From positions 4,944,303-5,008,302 of the forward strand of contig CM082582.2 of the NCBI GenBank assembly GCA_040954595.2: a DNA stretch of 64,000 nt, given 5' to 3'. This DNA comes from Balanoglossus misakiensis. Lineage: Eukaryota; Animalia; Hemichordata. A program made the translations under genes and the position numbers. The notes under the pieces were generated by a model that ran no database searches, was not told the origin of the DNA, and was given only the letters and a program-made list of their open reading frames with translations. Numbering within the stretch: the stretch's first letter is position 1; every line of letters begins with the position of its first letter. Shown in pieces: positions 52,201 through 64,000 of the stretch.

Positions 52201-52941
52201 CGCTGGCTTCCACGTACGGTTCCGCGATGTTACGTCATCATAGGAGTCCACAGCGCGGCGCGTGCTGGCAGTTCGCGAACGCGAACGCGATCGCGAGTAC
52301 AGTTTGTCAGTTATGAATGTTCAGCGTTACTCAGCAAAATTTAATGAGTCAGGGAGTGTTGTGGATACGGATTTAGCGGCTAAGTGCGTCCGTGGATATC
52401 CATACCGATTTACCACGCCGAACGTGTACCGAGACTGCTAAAACGCGTGACCCCATCCACAAAACTACGCATAACTTTTTTTTTCAGAATTCGCGAAACG
52501 GAAACTGCGATTAAATGTTTGCACATTCTCAGCACGGTCATTCCACACAGCAGACAGTGATCAGAGTAAAGGGATTCACCGACCAGACGGAGAGTGCATT
52601 TTACGGCCTCATTTGCAGATTACAGCAGTTGCTATTAACCTCCTAGTGCAAGTAATATACTATTAAACATCCTAGGGTTTCTCTAACTCTGTGTATTCAC
52701 TGTACTTCGTGATCGCCCATCTCCAATATTTGTCAAAAATAAACAACCTGCAAACATTCGATTCTCGCGGTTTGGCATCGTAAACATACGGCCGAGAAAA
52801 CGGATGGGCATATATGTGCACATATACACACTTCAGAAATTAGACCTTGTAAAATCGAACTCTCTCTACTTACCTTTCATCGAGTTCTCCGCACACTTCC
52901 GAAGCTTGGGAAACCGGCGCAGCAGTGTCACCGGCAGCCAT
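49214..52941 (-). CDS. ABHD4: Alpha/beta hydrolase, ABHD4/ABHD5 (CGI-58) family, 357 aa. Exons 52941-52874, 51785-51694, 51208-50681, 50431-50323, 49977-49791, 49303-49214
   Basis: Conserved motifs [31 protein letters not shown] (Ser nucleophile, as in ABHD4), [29 protein letters not shown] and GAGHHVY. All introns are GT-AG and phase-compatible. It may be the co-orthologue of both vertebrate ABHD4 and ABHD5. Confidence 0.93.
51259..51628. repeat. Intronic minisatellite: 7 x 38-bp unit (51363-51628) preceded by about 3 diverged units
   Basis: Unit gttctaattttctaggctgacatg(c/t)gaaaatgttccaa. Confidence 0.95.
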
Positions 52942-52967
52942 GTTTGCAACAACGTGACCCCAATTTT

Positions 52968-52988
52968 GTCATGTGACAGTCATGTGAC
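52968..52988. promoter_or_regulatory. Two tandem GTCATGTGAC (M-box/CLEAR-like E-box) motifs just upstream of the ABHD4-like start codon
   Basis: Exact 10-mer at 52968-52977 and 52979-52988. Confidence 0.4.
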
Positions 52989-53511
52989 CCCGTCCCCACA
53001 GACAGCAGAAACCATAGAACTTGGTAGTGTGGGTAAAAAATGTCGCTGTTCAATACTGGTGAGGTAGCATGCTCGTTTTGTACATGTCGTGTCATAACAA
53101 AATTAGGGCTTGACAGTCAGTGTCTATAAAATTTGTCAAAGTACAACAGATTGTCATGCAGTAGTGTAGTATTTGGACCAAGATACACACAAATAACCGT
53201 GACACAACCAAGTAAAATTGACATTTTCTAATGCACGCGCAATGTCAGGATATGTCAGGATAAGTCATGACTAAAGATTTTAAATAACAAATTGCAAGTT
53301 AACGATACTTCATTTGAATTTTGTAATCGCCGGACAAATAAAAGTAAAAACGCGCCACTTCATTCTTATACGAGTAGTCTCTACTAGGCCTACATGTTGT
53401 ATATGCAGGAGTAACGCTGGGCGACCATATGACGTTGGACGATCTACAGATTATCCTTTATCAATACATTATTCTCTAATCAATAGTATTTGTTCTTTTA
53501 CAGTTACATGT

Positions 53512-53599
<88 letters not shown>

Positions 53600-53628
53600 A
53601 CAACAACAACAACCAGAACAACAACAAA
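53512..53628. repeat. (ATC)n followed by (AAC)n microsatellite
   Basis: Visible repeat. Confidence 0.95.
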
Positions 53629-54729
53629 ACGATTTATACGATTTATTACTCGGTTCCCTAGTGGAATGAAGGCATTTTGCCGCCGGCTCACTCCACACCG
53701 ACTTTTTACTCAGCTTTCCTGGTCGGCCACTGTGACGGAAACTGAAGCAAAACAATGGACGCAAACTTGTTCTCCGATTGAATACGCGCCCTCAAAGTTA
53801 GCGAGCCTTGCTCTATCCTCCAGAGCATGTGTAGTGAACGAAACTAAGCAGGCTCGCTAACGTGGAGGGCGCGTAAGTGCAGCAAATCAGCCGATTTTAG
53901 GAAATTGAAGCAAACGTGTTTTATTTGTAAATTGGGATTTATTTAAAACTGCAAGCAGCATTGAAGGGGCCCCAGATAGAGAGTAAACATGACAAATCCA
54001 TTGCATCAAATGTCAATACTGCATCTGCTGTGGATGCTTAGATATGGGAAAGCAGGTCAAAATCACCCGAGGCACGAAATTTAGGCAGGAAATTTTATCC
54101 CTATACTGGTCCATGTCCAACAAAAACCAAACCTCTAGCCCTATTGATTCACCTGTAATTAGATATGCGCATAATTAATAAGGTAAAGTGTAAAAGACTC
54201 CATTAGGTGTTCCATCCCTCCAAATGCCGAGGCTGTATCTGCTCTGGAGGCCGAGATATGAGCAAGTAGGTCAAGTCACCCCAAACTTATGCGAAAATAA
54301 CCCGATTTACATTACATTTGTGTAGTTTCCTTGGCTCGATTCTACCGATGGTGGCGCTGTGCTGGAAAACACGTATTCCAGTCAATTACTGATAGTATGC
54401 ATATAATGTCTGTAAACATTTTTTATTCACTCACAGGTACCGGACTGTAGACAGACAGACAAACAAACAAACAAACAAACAAACATTTAAGAAATGTAGT
54501 TACATACAAAGGTATTCTACCACATTCTCCCAAGACAGTAGTATTTGATGTATTTGTCGTTACCCCGAGAATATTTTAACACAATTTATAATGTATCTTT
54601 TCAATATTTTCAACCTGTTTGAAACCCCGGATTTCAGATTTGTATGAAGTCAAAATAGGAGGAACCATGGAGTCAATAAGTTTGAAATACGAAGACAAAA
54701 GGAGATTAGAGATGTTAACTTTTATATGC

Positions 54730-55322
54730 ACATTAATCAAATGCATGGCTTTCGTCCAAAAACAAACATGTTTCAACAGATCTTGCTTAGCTACATTTGT
54801 GTGTGACTAAGAGGCAATGGTATGCATGGTCAGGGTGTTGTGGCCAAAGTGGAATGTACCTGTCCTCCTTGACAAGAGCTCCACTGCCAATTAAATTTTC
54901 AAGCTGTTTTCACGCCAAACATGAATTGATCGAGTTTGCTTTAGAAAACATTGACCAGAAAAAGATAGTGCTCCAGGTAAAACAATGCTTGAAAAACACT
55001 CTTCTCTTTATTACAGTATGTTTATTTGCGTCCGAGTAATTAAGTCACAGAGTTTGAATCCTCTGAATAAACGCCCCCAATTGTAAACATTCATTATAAT
55101 ACAATGTATTACCACTACTTAGCGGAGGATTTATTATATGCTCATTAAATAATAAAATGCATGGCTTGGTCCAAAACAAACTTGTTCAAACTCATCTGTG
55201 TGTTATAAGAGGCAATGGTATGCATGGTCAGGGTTTTGTGGCCAAAGTGGAACGTAACTGTCCTCCTTGATAAGGGCTCCACAGCCGATTAAATTTTCAA
55301 GCTGTTTTCAACACGAACATGA
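54730..55322. repeat. Diverged direct repeat pair (about 190 bp, 54730-54922 and 55143-55322)
   Basis: taagaggcaatggtatgcatggtcaggg...ttaaattttcaagctgttttca occurs twice. Confidence 0.85.
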
Positions 55323-55884
55323 AAATTAAGCATTTGTTCACGTATCTCACAAGATGATTAGAATTTTACCTGTCTCTATAGACTAGTTGTGGTTTAGGTG
55401 TACCAAAAGACTCCAAAAGACGTGCCGCTTCGCGAGAGATTGTTGAACTTGTTTTCTGATAAACATGTTAAGGTATTCTCTAAATTGCTTTATGATATGT
55501 TTATAAGGAGAAGAAATATTATTTCCATTGATTGATTTTCCTTTTTTTGTATAAACTTCTTCTTTGTTGACACCCGCATCGTGGTGCCCAGTTGGGTATG
55601 CTATAGTGACTCATGAAGTACTCGGCTGGAGTTTCATGCAAGTTTGAATTGTGTAACTGTACCTATTTGGCTGGGGTGGTAAATCAGGTGATAACTTGGT
55701 TCCCAGGTAATTTTACAGGGGTTCCCCTCAGTATATCGGTGCAGTCATGTTGTTGGGTACCACTGAAGTGTTACCAGGATTCCCAAATCATTTTCCGATG
55801 TTCCTCAACCTTAGCAAAAACACCTTGTACACATTTCTTTTCCTAAGACTATCCCTCTCGTTGTCTCTGTATGTTTCTCATTCG

Positions 55885-56067
<183 letters not shown>

Positions 56068-56789
56068 TTTTCACTATTGTTTATTTACACATTCCTCAAA
56101 CCTAAGAAGTAGAAATAACAGTACTTGAGAATTGCATTTTATAATCTACTTACAAAGATGTTATTGCTACACATTTATTTTTGTACGCTTGATCTTAGCA
56201 ACCCAATTATGCCATTTTGTACCGGTCTTGAGTACAACAACTGTTACTAGGCTCTTGGCATGTTTATCAAACAAACACTGGTGTACTGTTTATTTTGTGT
56301 AAGCTATAAACATTTACTTTATCGTGGTATTTTAGATGTTCTTTTTACAAATAAGATTTATGGATATTCATTTATTGTTGGGGGCTTTTGTGATTATGTT
56401 ATAAAAATTTGTTGATTATGTTGTCAATATATTTAGGGATGTGCAAAAAGTTCCCCAGACTGCAAAATTGAAATTGATCCATGGTCCACTTTGTGTGACA
56501 TCCCATCCTAACTTTGAGGAATACCTGATCGTATATTTCGGACTTTCTGTTAAGTAACACTACAAAGAAAGTCATAATATACGATCGATGAGAAGTGTAC
56601 AAGCCGAAAGTTAGTTTATGACTTTTTTACAGCCACGCAAGTCTCTCTTCAAAATCACATGACTATAGCCAGAAGACGCCACCTTAAACCAAGTAACAGT
56701 TGTTGGACTCGAGACCAGTGCAAAAGTTCGTTGGTTTTAAAGCTGTTGGTGTTTTTCAGGGTACATGTATTTTAACTTTCACGTGGACG

Positions 56790-59700
56790 ATGGGGAATAT
56801 TTGCTGTAAGAGTACCAGGGCTTCCCAGGAATATCAAGACCCAGAGGTAAGTGACCTAGTTGAACTGAAGTTATGGGTAGATGCTTGCTGTTGCAGTGAA
56901 AATATACTGTATTGCTATAAAATTTTCACCCCGTCAAATGGTCACAATATCAACAGAGGTTACTATTTTGCGACGATTAATTTCCGTGTTCTCTTATTTA
57001 GCTAACTTTATCATTATCTCCGAACATCGGCATTCGTTCTGCGCTATTTTGTCTGCAAAATGGTGTTTCGTCCGTTCTCCCTCCAACCAAAATCGCAGCA
57101 TTGTTAATACGCACAGCTTGAAATCGCAACAAGGTGGGACTACTGTAACACGGGAATTTTTTCGCGATATCATCAGAGGTTAATATTTCGTGACGAATAA
57201 TTTTCGCGTTCTCTTAATTCACTAACTGTATCGTTATCTCCGATTATCGACATCCGTTATGCGTAAAAATAGCGCTATTTTGTCAGCGAAATGGTGTTTC
57301 GTCCATTCTCCCTCCAACCAAAATTGCAACATAGTATGCACAGCTTGAAATCGTAACATGTCGCAAATTCGAACCAATGGTGCAGTCAGCGATTAAGTCC
57401 CTTCAGCTATTATTCAGACAGTTTCGGCGAACATGAGACATTGGGTCTAATTTGCAAGCCGAAATGAAACTGACTTTTCGTGCCCACGTACGTCCCGGGG
57501 GGGGGGGGTCAGAAAGGTATCTGCGACTGGAATGTACGGGTGCCGAGAGTAGTCGGCCCGTCACAGGTAGCCTGGTATCCATACCCAGTGTGTTTTAGAT
57601 ATACTCACACACAAGGTGAATAGTGTACTGCATACATTGTTACTGAGGAAATACTTGCTATTTTGGGATATTTTTCTCCCAAATACGAGCATGATCGCTA
57701 CATAATGTTACACACACACAGTGTGTACGTACTTCAAAGCTTCGGTATAAGTTTGCCATTTTTGAGAATTATGAAAGAAAATGATTCAACAAAGATCCTT
57801 GCATTATGTAATTTTGTATACAAAGCTTACAAACTCAGAGAATCAGTTTTGAAAAACACTGAAATGTTATAATTTTACATCCAGTCTGAATGTTTTCTAC
57901 ACATATATTTATTGTTTCATTGTTTATATGTTTTAACACTGTATCGTGGATTCCTTCCACCTGTAACACTTTGTTGTACCCCCTTGCTTATGGGCTGGAG
58001 GCCTTAGAAAGCAATTATAAATCGTAAATCTAGCTCGTACTTTAGGTGTTTAGGCTAATAAATATGCGTCTGGCGTCACGTATCGTGCGTAAGGAGCCAC
58101 ATTACAGAGACATTCCTGATTAAAGTGGTTGCAAAGCCTACTAAAATACACAGAAGATGTCTGAGTACATGTATATGCATACTTCCTGAGACCAAAAAAC
58201 ACACAAAAATCAAACAAACGCGACGAGTGCAGTAACCATGGTGCAGGTGGTTGAACAGACAGTTTTGAAAATTCATCGGCTATTTCCAACTATCTCAGCT
58301 CCTGTACATCAAGAAATCCTTTCGTAGTGAAACATTTATATATAACACAAAGTATCAAAGGTTCTCTCCAATTTGATTGAAATCAATCGGCGACGTCTTT
58401 TATTTACGCGGTACGGTTTTTTACACCTGCATAAAAAACACGTCGTCGTTCCCTACATCTGATTCTTACAATGGAAAACTTTCATTTTTACCAAGCAAGG
58501 GAATGTTCACTTCACGCGCAAATAGAAATCCTGTTAAATTCAGCTAGAGGGTCATTTATGATGATTCAAAATTTTTACGACTGTTACAGTGTTAGATTAT
58601 TGTACTTGAATTCCATCTATTTCCTTTTTTTTCAAAATATTTCTCTGAGTGATTATTCATGTTACTATTAAAATGCCCTTGATATCGTGAACATTGATTA
58701 CCAGTGTCAACAAAATTTGCTCATGTTGACTTTGTTGACTTGAGTGTGGAAGTGTTAGTGACGCATGAAATGACGACCATACGCATATATATATACGAAA
58801 TTTATTGTCCACGAAAATTCTGGGTTTACAGTAATCTGTCTGCGAGACGAAGATGTAAACATGCAATTGTAAGACCACTAATAAGTGTTTCAGAATTATG
58901 AAAATACTGAAATTATTTATGATTCATTTGCACCGAACAATTGTGATTGACAAAATAGTGTAAAGTAGATGTCATATTGACTAGCAAAGTTACGGTTGTG
59001 AATTAATTGGTGATGAACTTCAAATTATTGTTTTGTATATCTATCAGTTGTCTTCATAATTCTTATTCTATGAAGATTTTAATCTTTTCCTATTACAGCG
59101 CTTTTATGATTGCATTTAGAGAATATATTTATTTAAAAAGTGTTGCTAATGTCTATTGAATGTAACAATGGTGATGTTGCAAAAATTTAGTTTCAGTTGC
59201 TGATAGCTGACGGATATGATGTCGATGCTAGTGTATGGGTAAGTGTATTGTATTGACTAATGTTTAATGCAGAGTCATCTCTAGTAGCAATAACACACAA
59301 GGTCATGTATAACCACACATGAAATAGCAAAGAATTTGAATTAGCATTACTTAGTTGTGATATAAAATGCATTTTTTTAATTTGTTAAATCACGATAGTA
59401 CTAGTGTGTTGTCATCTAACTCATTCCAATATTCTTAGAGAAGAATGTTGTTTAAGATATAATTTTATGTCCACAACAAAGCATTAACTGCGACGTTATA
59501 TTCATATAGAAAGTTCACAAAAGAAATAACTGACCATTTGTTCAATTTTAAAAGCTAAATATAGTCATGTTTGGTATGGATATGTAGTGAAATTTTATGT
59601 AGAAGACAAATCTGAGGGTAGATATTAGTCTTCTGACCAAATTTGTCTTTTCTCGAACATGAATATTGTCCATTCTACCTGTTTATGAACAGTATGTATG

Positions 59701-62700
59701 CATTTATGTAATGTATGTTAGCTTTTTGTAAGTGTGAGCAATACTAAACTTGTTTTTGCTATGTTGGGATCTTGTCAGCTATTCACTCCTTCGAAATGTC
59801 CACAACTTGGCATGGAGTGAGAATTGGCAGACTTCATTCAGAAAAACTGCAAATTTTGCTGTCGCACAAATGTCTTTTTATCGAACGGACGCGGTAGACA
59901 ATAATAATGCTTGAAAATGCTCCTATGAAAGAGATTTCGATTGGAAATTAAGGCGATGACACAGACACTTGAAAGGATAGGGACAAGATTTGAAGTATTT
60001 TATTGTGAAAAAAGTATGTGGAAGTTGGCAGGGGGCTTAAGCGTGACAGTTTGTCTGCTCCATACAATCTGGCTACATGTAGATGGGCGTGGGTACAGTA
60101 CATTTGGAGGAATACCTCTAATTCGTAAAAACCTTAAAAACCTGAACATCATGCCTGACTTCTAAAGGTTAATGCTAATCACATATCATATGTCTGTTTA
60201 ATTATTTCTTTGTAATTGTTTATTTAGAAAATCTCATATTACATTTCAATTTTTGTGACATTTGTTTCATTCTCCTCCTTCATTACTAATATACAAAACG
60301 GATAAATACCAACCTCAGACGTCCACAAGGTAAATGCTAATCAACATACAAGTATTTCTTTGTTTGTTTGTTTAACTCATTTTCCTCCTTCATTGCTTAC
60401 AGAATGGAGATACACAATTACACAATGCAGCTCGATCTGGCGATAAAGGCAGTGTCAGATGGTTATTGGAACACAAAGCTGATGTAACCTTACAAAACAA
60501 GGTATATCAACTAACCAAATTATACAAGTCACAAGTACATACAAGCATTTGTTTGTTTTTGTTTGCTTAAGGAAACTTCACGTTTCCTTTCAATTTTTTT
60601 GACATATTGTTCCGTGCTCTTCCTTCATTACTTTCAGAATGGAGACACACCTTTGCACACTGCAGCAAGGTATGGCGATGAAGGCTGTGTCAAATTGTTA
60701 TTGGAACACAAAGCTGATGCTAATATACAAAACAAGGTAAATTTCAACCTGAAATCTATCGGTTAATGCCAATCAACATATAAATATTACTCTGTTTTTG
60801 TTTGTTTTACTGTTTGATTGTTTGTCTTAAAGGAAATCTCAAATTACATTTTAATTTTTGTGACATATTTTTCTCATGCTCCTCCTTCATAATTTACAGA
60901 ATGGAGACACACCTTTGCAAGCTGCAGCAAGGTATGGAGATGAAGATCGTGTCAGATTGTTATTGGAACACAAAGCTGATGTAACCTTACAAAACAAGGT
61001 AAATATTAACTAACCACGGGCACATCATGGAACAAAAATCTATATGGATATTAAATGATAAACTTAGCCTCAACGAGCACAGAATATGTTTGTTTTTTTT
61101 GGCGTGAACAAGAACTCCAGTGACGACTGCCTTACCCACATCTGCGTCACGTTTTAATCGGGATAATATCCCTCTTCTGCTAACAAGAAGCATGATGTGC
61201 TACTGCTGAACTTATAAATATGCGAAGGAACGCAGTTATTCCGACGCGGAACGAACGCGGAATTGCTTCAGGTGTATGACATCATTTTAGTCACAACTGA
61301 ACGCTGATGGCGCACTCTACAACTGCGCTTGCCTCTCAAGAGGGCGCCCTCAATGACCTTTGGCTTTTCAGAGACGCGGTCAAGAGGTCTCTCCAAATCC
61401 GTTTCGTTCAACCAATGAGAGCGCTGAAGTGGCGTTCGATTTAGGGGAAGGTAACTGATTCGTCAATGGCGTTCCACCGGAAGTATCACCATGGTTGCCT
61501 ACTTACTTCACGATTTCATTTTTATAGATCGATCGCCAAAAATTGAGATAATCGGAATTATTTTACACGTAATCATAATTTACGAGTACAAGTGTCGTTT
61601 GTTGTTCTGAACGTCTGTTCTACACGTATGCCACGTCACGTGACAAGGACGTTACGCGTACTGATCGAACGTGCACGCGATCCATGCACGCGATGGAACT
61701 TCTGTCTGGCATATTAGCCAATCATATGAAGCAACATCTTGCATGGTACTAGCCAATCACAGCACGAGCTCAAACGGATTTGGAGAGACGTCTTGCACCG
61801 CGTCTCTGAAAAGCCAAAGGTCATTGACGGCGCCCTCTGGAAAGGCAACAACTGCGCACGTATCCAGGTCAGCAGCAGATAAAAAACGGATGCGCTTATA
61901 CACTTCGCTTTCACTGTCTGCTCTTATGAGTCTGGGGACCTGCTATACCAAAAATGGGGACAGGGGACACTTTTTTCTACGGAACAGTGCCATCGAAATG
62001 AAAATAATTATTTTTGCTTAGAATGTGTCTTGAGAAGTGTTGAATCAATAACGCATACAGAATTTAAAAAAAGGGGGAAAGTGAAAAAACGCTATACACA
62101 CCTATTTCGAATCTGATGACCAGAAGTGTGGTATCCAAATGCCATTTTACGTCGGAAGCGGGATCGGTAACGCAAGTCCCCAGGATGAGTGGAACTATTC
62201 AATCCATAATTTCTCGAATGTTGGACCCACTTATGGAAAATGAATATAGCCAATTTAACTTACTCCTTTTTTATTTAAATTATACAGAAAGATAAGTTTA
62301 CTGTCCTTATAATTTTCAATATCATTACCACTGTTCTCAAAACGTCAAACTCATCATAAATTCAACATACGTCAACCCCCACCCCGTCCCTTCGAGGTTC
62401 TTCGATATTCTGGGTTTTCCCAAAGTAAGTGTGTCGTCTCTTTTTCAAGCTATTTATCTTTAGTAACATTTGAAATTGTCCAATTTGGTATCACGATTAA
62501 AAATTCCGTATTCATCAATTAAATTAAGCACCCCAGCTGGTGATTCTTCTTACTGACGTAGACTATCATCTGCTAACTGCGAAAAATATGTTTTTATTGG
62601 TGAGGATTACTAGCTGTTGAAGTGTATTACTAATTATATGTCAATAATAACATGGTGGAGAAAGTATGCTGATTATATGTAGTTGAAATTCGCAAACTGT

Positions 62701-63877
62701 TATTTTTTCTAGAAAAAATACTCGATTAGATGACCATGTTGATCTAATTAACAAGTGTTATAAATGCTGCAAGTACAAGAATAACCACTTCATCTCCATG
62801 CATTCATCGGCTATCGAGGCGGTTGCACCTGCACAGCCGCTGTTTACGCGCATCCATGCAGTTGCCAGTCGAAGTGCCCCCACGTAACCGTACGCAGTAG
62901 CGTCGCGACAAAAGTTGCGCGTCGATTTGCCTACCGAGTTGCCTCTTGTAACTCGGCCTTTAAGGAAACCTCACATTACATTTCATTTTTATGACATTGT
63001 TCTCATACTCTTCCTTCATCATTACTTACAGAATGGAGACACACCTTTGCACTTTGCAGCAAGGTATGGCGATGAAGGCCGTGTCAATTTGTTATTGGAA
63101 CACAAAGCTGATGTAACTATACAAAACCAGGTAAAATACCAGCCAGCCTTCTACAGGTTAAATGCTTATCAACACACAATTTGTGTTTGTTTGTTTAAGA
63201 AAACCTCACATTACATTTCACTTTTTGGGACATTGTTCTCATACTCCTCCTAATTACTTACAGAATGGAGACACACCTTTGCACTTTGCGACAAGGTATG
63301 GCGATGAAGGCTGTGTCAGATTGTTCCTGGATCACAGAGCTGATGCTAACATACAAAACAAGGTATATACCAATATGACTTCTACAGCTTAATGCTTATC
63401 AACATATAAACATTTGTTTGTTTGTTTGTTTGTTTGTTTGTTTGTTTGTTTGTTTGTTTGTTTGTTTGTTTGTTTGTTTAAGGAAACCTCACATTACATT
63501 TTAATTTTTGTGACATTGTTCTCATACGCCCCCTTCATTATTTACAGAATGGAGACACACCTTTGCACTTTGCAGCAAGGTATGGCAATGAATACCGTGT
63601 CAATTTGCTATTGGAACACAAAGCTGACGTTAACGTACAAAACAAGGTAAATACAAACCTGACTTCTACAGGTTAATGCTAATCAACACATAAAAATGTG
63701 CTTGTTTTTTAAGGAAACCTCACATTACATTTTAATGTTTGTGACATTGTTCTCATACGCCTCCTTCATTATTTACAGAATGGAGACACACCTTTGAACT
63801 ATGCAGCAAGGTATGGCGATGAATGCCGTGTCAAATTGTTATTGGAAAACAAAGCTGACGTTAACGTACAAAACAAG
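56790..63877 (+). CDS. Ankyrin-repeat protein, 5' part (continues beyond the window). Probable first exon 56790-56846 (MGNICCKS...), degenerate exon about 59099-59238, then 99-bp single-repeat exons at 60403-60501, 60638-60736, 60900-60998, 63032-63130, 63264-63362, 63548-63646, 63779-63877
   Basis: Each 99-bp exon is phase 0-0, flanked by cag/gt, and encodes a repeat such as NGDTPLHFAARYGDEGCVxLLLEHKADVNIQNK. Linkage of the first exon is inferred from its strong donor (gag|gtaagt) and matching phase. Confidence 0.85.
56947..57357. repeat. Diverged tandem duplication of about 220 bp in the first ankyrin-gene intron
   Basis: atatca(a/t)cagaggtta...gcacagcttgaaatcg occurs at about 56947-57130 and 57168-57357. 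Confidence 0.85.
61020..62962. mobile_element. About 1.9-kb insertion interrupting the ankyrin exon array, probably a non-autonomous DNA transposon or a composite of elements
   Basis: It breaks the roughly 230-285-bp exon periodicity. Internal inverted repeat at 61342-61404 / 61772-61837. The right end ccgagttgcctcttgtaactcggcct|ttaa joins the intron consensus at a TTAA. The left boundary is uncertain. Confidence 0.55.
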
Positions 63878-64000
63878 GTAAATACAGACCTGCTTATAAA
63901 CAATTGTTTGTTTGTTTGTTTGTTTGTTTGTTTGTTTGTTTGTTTGTTTGTTTGTTTGTTTGTTTGTTTGTTTGTTTGTTTGTTTGTTTGTTTAAGGAAA

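Overview
Eukaryotic (metazoan) genomic DNA: AT-rich, spliced genes, microsatellites and transposon debris. The gene content suggests a marine invertebrate such as a hemichordate, echinoderm or amphioxus, but the taxon cannot be fixed from the sequence. Family assignments rest on motif recognition from memory, not on database searches. (1) 1-23 kb looks like an innate-immunity/cell-death cluster. It holds the 3' end of a GT4-like glycosyltransferase-domain gene and two convergent paralogues sharing a three-exon IFI44-like P-loop GTPase cassette that ends in a CaaX box (CSIL). The two paralogues carry different N-terminal modules (TRADD-N-like in one, ubiquitin-like beta-grasp in the other). Between them lie a triple-DED gene with no visible caspase domain and a GPCR pseudogene, with ISRE- and kB-like motifs nearby. 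(2) 23.7-42.9 kb is an 88-bp satellite array (about 215 monomers) with multi-monomer block duplications, an inverted terminal segment and a Helentron/HINE-like end. (3) 43-64 kb holds a small secreted acidic S-x-E-rich protein gene, a complete six-exon ABHD4/5 gene, and the 5' part of a putatively lipidated ankyrin gene built from tandem 99-bp one-repeat exons. The best candidate for an undescribed system is the modular, exon-shuffled, prenylated IFI44-like GTPase pair clustered with death-fold adaptors.
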